64,000 bases of DNA, taken from Porphyromonas sp. (GTDB lineage Bacteria; Bacteroidota; Bacteroidia; Bacteroidales; Porphyromonadaceae). The notes beneath the pieces are model-generated. The model did not search any database and was not told the DNA's origin. It saw nothing but the letters and a program-made list of their open reading frames with translations. Position 1 is the first letter of the stretch. Each line of letters begins with the position of its first letter. Positions 28,055 through 37,532 of this stretch are shown in pieces. Made by a program: the position numbers and the translations under genes. Where the stretch lies: contig JBHAFI010000148.1 in NCBI GenBank assembly GCA_041856045.1, positions 8,477-72,476 of the forward strand, given 5' to 3'.

Positions 28055-28618
28055 TTAAGGTATCCGGACACGCATATCCACTTCTATGCGGAAGTTTATC
28101 GGCAGTACGTGCATTGTGTTCACAGGCTTATCCTTGATTAGTCCCGGACTCCACTTGGGCATCGATCGTACTACTCTTATTGCCTCGTTATCTAGTAGTG
28201 GAGTTGCACCACGGGTTACGTGGACGTTCTCGATACTCCCGCTTTTCGTTATTATGAATAGAACTTCAATCCTTCCCTGTTCGTTACTGTTGGCTGCTTT
28301 CTCGGGATATCTGATGGTGCTAGCAAGATACTTATTTAGTTCATCTTCTCCTCCGGGGAACTCGGGCTTGGTATCTACTTCATCATAGAGATAGACCTCT
28401 TCTTCTTGTCCCTCTTTGTCTACCCTAGGGGTCTTAGTGGTACCTGTAGGGCTGTCCTTGGGCTTCTCCTTAGTTGACTTTGCTTGCTCTACTTTTTGAG
28501 GGCTTTGCCCCGAGGCTTGTAGGCTACTGCTTGCCCCTAGGGCAAGGCAAGCGATGGCTAGGGAGAGAATACATAGCCTCCTAAGGGGGCGTGTGTTGAT
28601 GTTTACCTTGCTTGTCAT
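28055..28618 (-). CDS. TonB-like energy-transducer protein (TM anchor, Lys/Pro-rich linker, TonB C-terminal domain)
   Basis: FPGGEDELNKYLASTIRYPEKAANSNEQGRIEVLFII matches a TonB_C domain. It is a paralogue of the C-terminal half of the adjacent BlaR1-like gene. Confidence 0.75.
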   Translation of the reverse strand: MTSKVNINTRPLRRLCILSLAIACLALGASSSLQASGQSPQKVEQAKSTKEKPKDSPTGTTKTPRVDKEGQEEEVYLYDEVDTKPEFPGGEDELNKYLASTIRYPEKAANSNEQGRIEVLFIITKSGSIENVHVTRGATPLLDNEAIRVVRSMPKWSPGLIKDKPVNTMHVLPINFRIEVDMRVRIP

Positions 28619-28790
28619 AATAATATGTCTTTTGAATTGTTGTCTATCTGTACTAAATGCTTGTGTAATACATATACTGACGCTTCATAATCGTGTAGTT
28701 ACCAAGGGATACCGACTATGTGCTACAAAGGTAGTAAAATTTAGATACCGAGTTAAGCCCAGCCAATTTGAATGCTTATACAAGAGCAAT

Positions 28791-28826
28791 CATCGCCGAC
28801 ACAAGCACAAAACTTGGTCGGCGATG
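28791..28826 (-). terminator. Paralogous stem-loop after the BlaR1-like gene
   Basis: 10-bp stem CATCGCCGAC/GTCGGCGATG. The T-tract is weak. Confidence 0.45.
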
Positions 28827-28855
28827 ACGCTATAACGCATTCGGATATGTTATCT

Positions 28856-30211
28856 CTATTTTAGGCGGAAGACTATGGGAAGTGTGTATCTTGCCCTTAC
28901 CGCTTTTCCCTTGTGTCGTCCCGGACTCCACTTGGGCATCGCTCGCACTACTCTTAGTGCCTCGGCATCTAGTAGAGGGCTTACTCCACGATATACTTGT
29001 GCGTTCTCGATATTTCCCTCTTTGTTAACAACAAACTGAACAATAATCCTTCCTTGCTCTCCTTTTTTATGAGCCTCCTCGGGATACTTGATGTTGCTAA
29101 CAAGATACTGCATAAGTGCTGTTCCTCCCCCGGGGAATTGGGGTTGTTCATCTACTACCTCATAGACCAAATCCTCACTTTGCTGTGGAGCCTTGGCTAC
29201 GGCTGGTGTTTTATCCTTTTTAGGTTGAGTGCTTTTTGCTTTGCTCTTATCGGTCTTTTTTCGTGTTACCTCTTGTGTTTGAGGTTCCGATGCTTGTAGG
29301 CTGTTGCTTGCCCAGAGCATTAGGCAGGCGATCGGTAGGCAGAGTAGCCACACCCACTTGAGGGGGCGTGTACTGATGTTTACTTTGTTCATCATAATAA
29401 TACGTTTTTTGAGTTGTTGTTTATCTGTATTGAATGCGTGTGTAATATCATACTTATATCCCGCAATAGCGTGACTTAGCAACTGATACTGATACTCTCG
29501 AGCATTGCTCTCATCGCACTCGAGCGTCAATCTGTCGGCAATGTACTCGTGCGTATCGTCAAGTGCTTGGTATAGGTATTGTGCTATGGGGAGATACCAA
29601 TGTATGGCTCTGAAGGCGAGGGCATATAGCCTCTGTGTGTTATGCCCGTCCCGAATATGTGCGGCCTCATGGCGGAGTATATACCTACGCTCCTCGTCCG
29701 ATGGTAGCGAGTGTGGCAGATATATACGCCCAAAGACACTGAAGGCTCCACTATCACTACTCTCGGGCAAACGATATACGTCTATTCCCTCGTAAGTACC
29801 CTCGTATAAGGTAACACGTAGTAGCCTCTGGAGGCTGTATAGAGAGAGTAGCGTACGTATGAGGGAGGCTACTGCTCCTACAAACCATACGAGGCTAGTA
29901 GTACATAGGACTATCTGCCCGAGAGAGAAGTCTTGGCTTGATGCCTCTTGAGCCCCATATCGCTCGACCAAGAGGATCGGTAACTCTATGCTCCTTATCA
30001 AACTATCGTTTATCTGCGGAGCCATACTGGGGATAATCTGCGGACTCAAGCCCCCTACGATTGGTAACACTATACTCGAGAGCATCGCCCATAGTAATAG
30101 CCTACGTCTGAGCATAATGTCTATATTCCTACTCAAGATATAGTAGTCGATCAAGGCAAAAAGGCTTAGCCCTAGTGCAGATATAATGATGAGATATATG
30201 AGTGTCTGCAT
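28856..30211 (-). CDS. M56-family (BlaR1-like) membrane metallopeptidase/sensor fused to a TonB C-terminal domain
   Basis: HEAAHIRDGH (HExxH) in the polytopic N-terminal half, an internal TM, a Lys/Pro-rich linker and a TonB_C domain. Located downstream of a blaI-like gene. Confidence 0.85.
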   Translation of the reverse strand: MQTLIYLIIISALGLSLFALIDYYILSRNIDIMLRRRLLLWAMLSSIVLPIVGGLSPQIIPSMAPQINDSLIRSIELPILLVERYGAQEASSQDFSLGQIVLCTTSLVWFVGAVASLIRTLLSLYSLQRLLRVTLYEGTYEGIDVYRLPESSDSGAFSVFGRIYLPHSLPSDEERRYILRHEAAHIRDGHNTQRLYALAFRAIHWYLPIAQYLYQALDDTHEYIADRLTLECDESNAREYQYQLLSHAIAGYKYDITHAFNTDKQQLKKRIIMMNKVNISTRPLKWVWLLCLPIACLMLWASNSLQASEPQTQEVTRKKTDKSKAKSTQPKKDKTPAVAKAPQQSEDLVYEVVDEQPQFPGGGTALMQYLVSNIKYPEEAHKKGEQGRIIVQFVVNKEGNIENAQVYRGVSPLLDAEALRVVRAMPKWSPGRHKGKAVRARYTLPIVFRLK

Positions 30212-30253
30212 AGTCTTGTTGTTTTTTGTGTTATGTGTATTGACCTTGCCCGT

Positions 30254-30622
30254 CTATTCCTTTGCTCCACCAGCCTCAATAAGGCTTATAATCTCTTGCA
30301 ACTCCTCTGTCGATAGTTTGCTCGTTTGTACAAACTGCTGTACTACCTCTTTGTAACTCCCCGTATAGTATTGCCCTACAATACGCCCAATGCTGTGGCT
30401 TGAGTATTCCTCCCGACTAACGAGAGGAGTGTACTCATATTGTCGCCCAAGGTGTGTCCCCTTGAGGTATCCCTTACTCTCTAGGTTGCGTACTATTGAG
30501 GCGATAGTCGTATAGGGAGGTCGTGGTTCGGGTATTGCAGACATTGCCTCCTTGGTAGTCTTGGCTTCGCTCGACCAAAAGGCGTTCATTACGCTCTCTT
30601 CTTGTGGTGTTAGTCGCTCCAT
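30254..30622 (-). CDS. BlaI/MecI/CopY-family transcriptional repressor
   Basis: 122-aa winged-helix protein (TTIASIVRNLESKGYL). Two 15-bp palindromes overlap its promoter. Confidence 0.85.
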   Translation of the reverse strand: MERLTPQEESVMNAFWSSEAKTTKEAMSAIPEPRPPYTTIASIVRNLESKGYLKGTHLGRQYEYTPLVSREEYSSHSIGRIVGQYYTGSYKEVVQQFVQTSKLSTEELQEIISLIEAGGAKE

Positions 30623-30666
30623 ATATTTGTTGTTTTACTTGTTCTATTGTTTGTATGATGCAAAGT

Positions 30667-30712
30667 TACGAATGTTTCGTAGATAAACAAGTGTTTGTAC
30701 GAAATTTTCGTA
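30667..30712 (-). promoter_or_regulatory. Two 15-bp palindromic operators (TACGAAtgTTTCGTA at 30667-30681; TACGAAAtTTTCGTA at 30698-30712) at the blaI-like promoter
   Basis: A perfect 7-1-7 palindrome and a 6/7 palindrome lie 31 bp apart. They overlap or sit just upstream of the -7 box TAACTTTG (minus strand, 30661-30668). BlaI/MecI/CopY repressors bind TAC-containing palindromes. Confidence 0.6.
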
Positions 30713-30864
30713 ATTATTTTTCTTAGACCTAATGAAGGCTCTCGTCTTGGGCAAAGTGCCATTAGCCTAAATTGACGAAATACATAGCCCTCACAAGGTG
30801 AATAGTAATCCGTCAAGTGAGGGCTTAGGTGGGCTTCGTTTTGATGATATATTCCTGTGCCGAT

Positions 30865-31150
30865 TGATGAGATACCTACTCCTTGAGTGGCAAGATATAG
30901 GTAAGTGAATTGGGAGAAAGCGAGCCTTAAAGCAAGGGCTAAGTACATCAGAAGTCTACCAATAAAGGGAGGCCCCGAAGCCCCTATTCTTGGCCTCAAA
31001 AAGACGGTATAATTTCATCTCGAATGACAAGATACTTGAGGCTCGATTGACGAGATACTTAGGCGTCAAGTGACAAGATACTTGGGCTTCGATCGACGTC
31101 TAAGTATCTTGTTATAACACCGATCAGCACTACCTCTCCGAGGGGGTATT
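30865..31150. repeat. Dispersed non-coding element, copy B (~285 bp)
   Basis: Same layout as copy A, with the motif at 30865, 30888, 31025, 31048 and 31071 and an inverted copy at 31102-31114. Lies between the blaI-like promoter and the malQ promoter. Confidence 0.85.
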
Positions 31151-31265
31151 CACCCGACTACTCAAGAGGAACCTACTCGAGGCCATTAGGGGGCATTTAT
31201 CATAGGCTTGCAAGATAAGCACGATGCGAAGTCAAAGCCTATAAGAGGGGTTAAGAATAATGTAG

Positions 31266-31273
31266 TATCTTTG
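31266..31273 (+). promoter_or_regulatory. -7 box TATCTTTG for malQ
   Basis: 29 bp upstream of GTG 31302. Confidence 0.4.
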
Positions 31274-31301
31274 TGAATACAATAAATTAGATATAAAAGT
31301 T

Positions 31302-34016
31302 GTGACGGAAGTAACCTTTTCCATCAAGTATAGAGCCGAGTGGGGACATAAACTGTGCATCAGTGGATCGGTTCCCGAGTTGGGCAACTGGGACGAGTAT
31401 AAAGCCATCGAACTCTCGAGCCAAGACGGAGAAACGTGGCAAGGTAACATCGCTCTAGATGGCAGACGCAAAGACTTCTCCTACTACTATCTAGTCAAAG
31501 ATGAGTCTGGCAATATCTTGCGTCGAGAGTGGAAGCGTATGCACCGCTTGCTCATCAAAGAGCCGTTCCATACTATCTATATGGACGATCATTGGATCAA
31601 CAGACCTGCCAACTCTCCCTTTTATAGTTCGGCATACTATGATGTCCTTTTCGCTCACGAGGAGGATACAAGCACTACCGTCATTCGAGAGAAAGGAGCA
31701 GAGAAACTTATCTTCCAGACCTATGCTCCCACAGTCCCACGCAATAAGCAGTTATATATCCTTGGCTCAAGTAAGCATCTAGGACAGTGGAACGTCAAAG
31801 ATGCTCTACCGATGCTTTATATGGGTAAGGGGCAGTGGTATGTGAGTATAGAGTTGGATAGGTCGCAGTTTGCCGAGGGGCAAGTAGACTTCAAGCACTT
31901 TATGGCAGACGGCAACAAGCAAAGCATAAGGTGGGAGGCTTGTGACAACCGCACATTCCATCTACCGCCTGCCGAGGCTTATGACGCTATATATGTTGCT
32001 GGCTTGAGTTTTGAGGAGGGCGATTATGCTCCACACTTCGCTGGGGCTGTCTGTCCTCTATTCTCTATGCGACACCCCGAGGACTTTGGAGTAGGTGACT
32101 TTGCCAGCCTCAGGGCAGCAGTCGATTGGGCAAAACAAGCAAGCCTGCATATCCTGCAACTTCTCCCGATCAACGATACCACCTTCTATCGAGATTGGCG
32201 GGACTCGTATCCCTACAACGCTATATCGGTAGATGCTATACACCCTATATATATAGACTTCTCTTCACTCAGTCCGCTCAAAGATGCCAAGAAGCAAAAG
32301 GCTATGGAGGCGGAGGCCAAGAAACTACGCAAGTCCTCACGACTAGAGTATCCCGAGGTTGTGGCTCTTAAGGAGAAGTACCTCAGACAACACTTCAACG
32401 ATTGGGGGGCTACCGAGATCAAGCGTAAGCCCTTCCGTAGTTTTGTGCTGGCCAATAAGTCTTGGCTTGTTCCCTATGCCGCTTTTTGTATCTTGAGAGA
32501 TCGTAATCCCAAGCAGATACACACACAGTGGGGACGCTTTGCTCGGTACAATTACAAAGAGATCCTTAGTTTCGTAGAGCAAGATGAGCAACGTAGTGAA
32601 ACCAACTACTATCTCTATGTACAGTATCTCCTGCATCAGCAGTTGATCAAGACCTGTGAATACGCTGCCGATCAGGGCGTTCTCCTTAAGGGTGATCTAC
32701 CAATAGGTGTAGCCCCTCACAGCGTAGAGGTATGGACAGATCCAAGCCTATTCAATACGGATCGTAGTGCAGGTGCACCGCCCGATGCTTTTGCCGAGGA
32801 CGGACAAAACTGGGGCTTCCCTACTTACAACTGGGAGCGTATGTACCTAGACGACCTACGCTGGTGGCGTAGTCGCTTCTCTCGTATGTCTAGTTACTTC
32901 AAGGCATTTCGTATAGATCATGTGCTAGGCTTCTTCCGTATATGGGAGATACCACGCTACCAAATGTCGGGCTTGCTAGGACACTTCTCGCCTGCACTAC
33001 CTCTCGGGTTGAGTTTTTGGCAGGAGCAATTCCCCGAATTCCGTAATATGGAACTATTGACCTTCCCAAGCATTACCAAGGAGCGGGCGAAGGAACTCTT
33101 TGGGGAGCATTACCCCGAGTTGTTTACGCGTGAGATCTTGCAACCTATACGAGGCGAGGAGCGATACCTGCGTTTGGCTCACGGCAAACAGAGCCATTGG
33201 GCAGACCTTAGCGATAGTTATGTAGTAGGGGGTAGGGAAACGCTCGATAAACTCGTAGCACTCTGTCGGGAAACAGCCCTAGTGGCAGATATGTCTTCGC
33301 CAGACTTGTACCACCCGCGTATAGCCTTTGAGGCGACAGACTTATTCAAGTCTTGGAGCAAGGAGACGCAAGAGCGTTGGCAACAGATCAGCCACTTGTA
33401 CTACTATAAGACGCACAATGAGTTGTGGAAGTCTACCGCCCTTAAGCGTATTATGCCACTCCTAGAGTGTACCGATATGCTCGTATGTGCCGAGGACTTG
33501 GGTATGATACCCGATAGTGTCCCAGAGGTACTCAATGCTCTCGAGATCTTGAGCCTAGACCTTGAGCGTATGCCTAAGGAGCCAAGCAATAACGGCTGGG
33601 TTAGTCCTCGTAAACTTCCCTACAACTCTATCTGTACCACCTCAACGCACGATATGCCCCCACTAAGAGCATGGTGGCAGGCATTAGGACGAGAGAAGCA
33701 AGGGCAGTACCTTGTAGAGCAGTTGCCGGGTCGTATGCTTACGCCCGCCTCACCACAAGAGGACATCTTCACGAGTATCATCTCTGCACATATTGCCTCG
33801 CCAGCGATGTTTGTCATACTACCGATACAGGACTGGATGAGTATCGACAAACGTCTACACAAACAAGAGCCCGAGGAGGAGCAAATCAATCACCCAGAAG
33901 ATCCACAACAGAAGTGGTGCTATCGCCTTCCTATTGATATGGTAGAGGCCCAGACGAAGTATGCCGATTGGACTAAGCGTATCAAAGAGATGCTTCAAAT
34001 CGTGAACAGAGAATAA
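31302..34016 (+). CDS. malQ: 4-alpha-glucanotransferase (GH77) with N-terminal CBM20-type starch-binding domains
   Basis: GTG start at 31302. CBM20-like N-terminus (FSIKYRAEWGHKLCISGSVPELGNW) and GH77 motifs (LQLLPINDT, FRIDHVLGFFRIWEIP). Confidence 0.9.
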   Translation: MTEVTFSIKYRAEWGHKLCISGSVPELGNWDEYKAIELSSQDGETWQGNIALDGRRKDFSYYYLVKDESGNILRREWKRMHRLLIKEPFHTIYMDDHWINRPANSPFYSSAYYDVLFAHEEDTSTTVIREKGAEKLIFQTYAPTVPRNKQLYILGSSKHLGQWNVKDALPMLYMGKGQWYVSIELDRSQFAEGQVDFKHFMADGNKQSIRWEACDNRTFHLPPAEAYDAIYVAGLSFEEGDYAPHFAGAVCPLFSMRHPEDFGVGDFASLRAAVDWAKQASLHILQLLPINDTTFYRDWRDSYPYNAISVDAIHPIYIDFSSLSPLKDAKKQKAMEAEAKKLRKSSRLEYPEVVALKEKYLRQHFNDWGATEIKRKPFRSFVLANKSWLVPYAAFCILRDRNPKQIHTQWGRFARYNYKEILSFVEQDEQRSETNYYLYVQYLLHQQLIKTCEYAADQGVLLKGDLPIGVAPHSVEVWTDPSLFNTDRSAGAPPDAFAEDGQNWGFPTYNWERMYLDDLRWWRSRFSRMSSYFKAFRIDHVLGFFRIWEIPRYQMSGLLGHFSPALPLGLSFWQEQFPEFRNMELLTFPSITKERAKELFGEHYPELFTREILQPIRGEERYLRLAHGKQSHWADLSDSYVVGGRETLDKLVALCRETALVADMSSPDLYHPRIAFEATDLFKSWSKETQERWQQISHLYYYKTHNELWKSTALKRIMPLLECTDMLVCAEDLGMIPDSVPEVLNALEILSLDLERMPKEPSNNGWVSPRKLPYNSICTTSTHDMPPLRAWWQALGREKQGQYLVEQLPGRMLTPASPQEDIFTSIISAHIASPAMFVILPIQDWMSIDKRLHKQEPEEEQINHPEDPQQKWCYRLPIDMVEAQTKYADWTKRIKEMLQIVNRE

Positions 34017-34984
34017 TGATCGAACGAATATATATAATCGAGGAGGCAGACCTCGAGTTGTTTGTCGGGGCAAACAAGAGCAATCTCGTAACTCTTGCCA
34101 ACTTATTCCCTCGCATCAGACTACGTTTGCATGGTAATGTCATCAAGATATTGGCCTCGCAGGCAGAGTCGGATAGGGTGGTGACAACTCTAGAGATGAT
34201 GGAGGAGTATTGTGTGCGTTATAATCAACTCTCCGAGAGCGAAGTTATCGAGATCGTCAAAGGTAAAGAACGCCTAGAGGAGGAGGCTATGCAGCAGCGT
34301 AGCGGTAAGTTGATACTCTATGGACTGCATGGTAGGGCAATACTTGCTAAGGGAGATAATCAGCAGGCGATGCTCGACAACTTCGACACCTGCGACCTAA
34401 CCTTCGCTCTGGGGCCTGCTGGCTCGGGGAAGACTTTCATCGCTATTTGTCTGGCGGTACGAGCCTTGAAGAGTAAGCAGGTGCGACGCATTATATTGAG
34501 CCGTCCTGCCGTAGAGGCTGGCGAGAAGTTAGGCTTCTTGCCCGGAGAGATGAAGGATAAACTAGACCCCTATCTACAACCCCTCTATGATGCCCTAGGC
34601 GAACTAATACCTAGTGCCAAACTCAAAGACTATCTCGATACTGGCGTCATACAGATAGCCCCCTTGGCCTTTATGCGTGGGCGTACATTGAGCGATGCCG
34701 TGATTATCCTAGACGAAGCACAAAACACGACTCCGCAACAGATGAAGATGTTCTTGACACGCCTAGGTATCAACTCCAAGATGATCATTACGGGGGACCT
34801 CACCCAAGTAGACTTACCTCGTGGGCAACGTAGTGGTCTGCGTGATGCTGTCGATAGACTTAGTGAGGTGGAGGGTATCAGTATGATACGTATGAACCAA
34901 ACAGATATTGTACGACACCCACTGGTACAGAGGATTGTCGATATATACGAGGCGACAGACAAACAAGAACAAACAGAAGACTAA
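34016..34984 (+). CDS. phoH: PhoH-family ATPase
   Basis: Walker A GPAGSGKTF. TAATG overlap with the malQ stop. Confidence 0.9.
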   Translation: MIERIYIIEEADLELFVGANKSNLVTLANLFPRIRLRLHGNVIKILASQAESDRVVTTLEMMEEYCVRYNQLSESEVIEIVKGKERLEEEAMQQRSGKLILYGLHGRAILAKGDNQQAMLDNFDTCDLTFALGPAGSGKTFIAICLAVRALKSKQVRRIILSRPAVEAGEKLGFLPGEMKDKLDPYLQPLYDALGELIPSAKLKDYLDTGVIQIAPLAFMRGRTLSDAVIILDEAQNTTPQQMKMFLTRLGINSKMIITGDLTQVDLPRGQRSGLRDAVDRLSEVEGISMIRMNQTDIVRHPLVQRIVDIYEATDKQEQTED

Positions 34985-35005
34985 TTCACTAAATACCCGA
35001 ATATC

Positions 35006-35944
35006 ATGAGTACAACACTTGTACAAACCAACTTTCACTTCCCCGGGCAAACGGGCGTTTATCACGGTAAGGTGCGTGATGTTTATTTCTTGGAGGACGG
35101 TAAGATCGCTATGGTGGCGACAGACCGTATCTCTGCATTTGATGTAGTGCTGCCCAAGGGTATCCCTTTCAAAGGGCAAGTACTCAATCAACTCGCGACT
35201 TATTTCCTAGAGGCTACCAAGGATATAGTACCCAACTGGCTTATCGCAACTCCCGACCCAATGGTTTCGCTAGGTCATCATTGTGAGCCCTTTAAGGTTG
35301 AGATGGTTATTCGAGGCTATTTGACAGGGAGTGCATGGAGAGCATATAAGGCTGGCGAACGCAGTTTGTGTGGTATCACGCTCCCCGAGGGTATGAGAGA
35401 GAACGAAGCCTTCCCGACGCCTATCATTACGCCTACGACCAAGGCGGACGAGGGACATGATGAGAATATCTCTCGAGAGGAGATCATCGCCCAAGGTCTT
35501 GTGAGCGAAGAGGACTATAAGCAACTAGAGGCTTATACCTATGCTCTTTTTGCTCGAGGCCAAGAGATGGCTCGCGAGAGAGGCTTGATACTCGTAGATA
35601 CCAAGTATGAGTTTGGTAAGAAAGACGGCAAGATCTACCTGATTGATGAGATACATACCCCCGATAGTTCGCGTTACTTCTATGCCGAGGGTTATGAGGA
35701 ACGCTTTGAGCGTGGTGAGGAGCAACGACAATTGTCCAAGGAGTTTGTAAGGCAGTGGCTTATACAGAACGGCTTCCAAGGGCGTACGGGCGAGAGTATC
35801 CCCGAGATGAGTGACAACTATTGTCGCAGTGTGAGTGAGCGATACATAGAACTATACGAACACGTAACAGGACATAAGTTTGTCCCTGAGGTAAGCGACA
35901 ATATCGTTGCACGTATCGAGGCGAATGTAAAGGAACTACTATAA
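35006..35944 (+). CDS. purC: Phosphoribosylaminoimidazole-succinocarboxamide synthase
   Basis: Long-form PurC (312 aa) with GKVRDVY and [10 protein letters not shown] motifs. Confidence 0.95.
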   Translation: MSTTLVQTNFHFPGQTGVYHGKVRDVYFLEDGKIAMVATDRISAFDVVLPKGIPFKGQVLNQLATYFLEATKDIVPNWLIATPDPMVSLGHHCEPFKVEMVIRGYLTGSAWRAYKAGERSLCGITLPEGMRENEAFPTPIITPTTKADEGHDENISREEIIAQGLVSEEDYKQLEAYTYALFARGQEMARERGLILVDTKYEFGKKDGKIYLIDEIHTPDSSRYFYAEGYEERFERGEEQRQLSKEFVRQWLIQNGFQGRTGESIPEMSDNYCRSVSERYIELYEHVTGHKFVPEVSDNIVARIEANVKELL

Positions 35945-36667
35945 ATGGTAACACCCTATAACGATAGTGAGGAAAAGGTAAGTCAGGTGCAACGTATGTT
36001 TAATCGTATTGCACCGACTTACGACAAACTCAATCATATTGTTAGCCTAGGCTTGGATCCATCGTGGCGTAGGAAAGCAATTGCTTTGCTTGCTCCCTAC
36101 CAGCCCCAAGAGGTGCTAGATGTAGCGACGGGGACGGGAGATTTGGCAATTGACATACTGCAACAAATATCGAGTGTTCGCTCGGTCCTTGGGGTTGATA
36201 TATCGGAGGAGATGATGCGTTATGGAGAGGATAAAGTGCGATCGTTGGGCTTGGAGACTAAGATCTCTTTCAAGCGTGAGGATTGTACGGCTCTTACTCT
36301 AGACTCGGAGAGTTTTGATGCCGTAACGATCGGCTTTGGTATTCGTAACTTTGAGGATATACCAGCCGCTGCTAGAGAGTTGCACCGAGTACTCCGCCCG
36401 GGTAAACCTGTTGTGATCTTGGAACTAACTGAGCCTCGCAATAAGTTGATGCACTTCTTTTATCGTCTGTATGCCAATCGTGTAATCCCTTTCCTCGGTC
36501 AATATATAAGTGAGGACAGGGACGCTTACACCTATCTCCCTCGTAGTATTGAGGAGGCTCCACAGAGAGAAGAGATGGTGCAGATATTCTTGAATGCAGG
36601 CTTTAGGGAGGCTTATTACCGCAACATTGCACCCGGCACCTGTGCTATCTATGTTGCGATCAAGTAG
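35945..36667 (+). CDS. ubiE: Demethylmenaquinone/ubiquinone C-methyltransferase
   Basis: YDKLNHIVSLGLDPSWRR and the VLDVATGTGDLAI SAM motif. Confidence 0.9.
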   Translation: MVTPYNDSEEKVSQVQRMFNRIAPTYDKLNHIVSLGLDPSWRRKAIALLAPYQPQEVLDVATGTGDLAIDILQQISSVRSVLGVDISEEMMRYGEDKVRSLGLETKISFKREDCTALTLDSESFDAVTIGFGIRNFEDIPAAARELHRVLRPGKPVVILELTEPRNKLMHFFYRLYANRVIPFLGQYISEDRDAYTYLPRSIEEAPQREEMVQIFLNAGFREAYYRNIAPGTCAIYVAIK

Positions 36668-36699
36668 TAGATATACTCGATAATCACTAAACGAAAAGT

Positions 36700-37527
36700 A
36701 TGAATAGTTTATTAAGACTGCTCTGTGTAGTCGCGCTTACTTATGCTCTTGTCGCATGTGTAGGTAACGGAGGGAAGACCAGTGGTGATACAGCGATCAA
36801 TGACCTTGAGATGGACTCTATTGTTATGCAAGATAGTTTCCCTCCCTCAACGAAGGTAGAGGTATCCCCGATGCATGAGTTCCATCTCAAGTATCTCTAC
36901 TTCAAAAATAATGAGGCTTTGCAGGCTGAGATCAATCGTGCTATACTCAACGGCAGACTTGATAGTATCTCGGGGCTTTCTGCACAAGATATAGGTCGAG
37001 CCCTATATGCAAGTATCAAGCGAGAGTACCAAGACACAGTATCTACAGCAGAGGACTACGAGAATTATGCTTCGATGACGGGTTGGATCTATAGCCTAGA
37101 GGTAGCACTTGAGACTAGTAGCGACAAGTTTGTTTCGCTCCAATGGACAGAGTACACTAATACGGGGGGGGCTCATGGTTATGCGGCTATAGGTTTGTCT
37201 AGTTTTGATAGAGAGCGTAATCAGGTCATAACAGAGAGTGATATATTTGTCGAGGGCTACAAAGAGAAACTCGCCCAAATAATCCAAACGCAGTTGGTGC
37301 AGGATTACAAAGTAAATACTGTTGAGGACCTATCTACCGAGGGCTTTTTCTCGCCTAGTGAAATCGAGCCCAATGATAACTTTTTGCTTACGGAGACGGG
37401 CATACGTTATTGCTTCAATCCGTATGAGATCAGTCCTTACGCTATGGGGCATATTTACGTAAACCTCACTTGGGACGATGTGAGTGAGATTATACGTCCC
37501 GGTAGCATCATAGAGCAATATATATAG
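36700..37527 (+). CDS. Lipoprotein, DUF3298/DUF4163-like
   Basis: Lipobox (ALVAC) and a TNTGGAHGY motif as in the DUF3298/RsiV-like fold. The call is from memory of the family. Confidence 0.5.
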   Translation: MNSLLRLLCVVALTYALVACVGNGGKTSGDTAINDLEMDSIVMQDSFPPSTKVEVSPMHEFHLKYLYFKNNEALQAEINRAILNGRLDSISGLSAQDIGRALYASIKREYQDTVSTAEDYENYASMTGWIYSLEVALETSSDKFVSLQWTEYTNTGGAHGYAAIGLSSFDRERNQVITESDIFVEGYKEKLAQIIQTQLVQDYKVNTVEDLSTEGFFSPSEIEPNDNFLLTETGIRYCFNPYEISPYAMGHIYVNLTWDDVSEIIRPGSIIEQYI

Positions 37528-37532
37528 GCATT

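Larger units (their letters stand above)
27941..29470. repeat. Diverged tandem segmental duplication (two ~780-bp units, junction near 28722)
   Basis: Each unit contains CAAAGGTAGTAAAATTTAGATACC, the hairpin ATCGCCGAC...GTCGGCGAT, a TonB_C/linker/TM coding segment, and the ATAATAAT...TTTGA(A/G)TTGTTGT(C/T)TATCTGTA segment. Confidence 0.75.
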
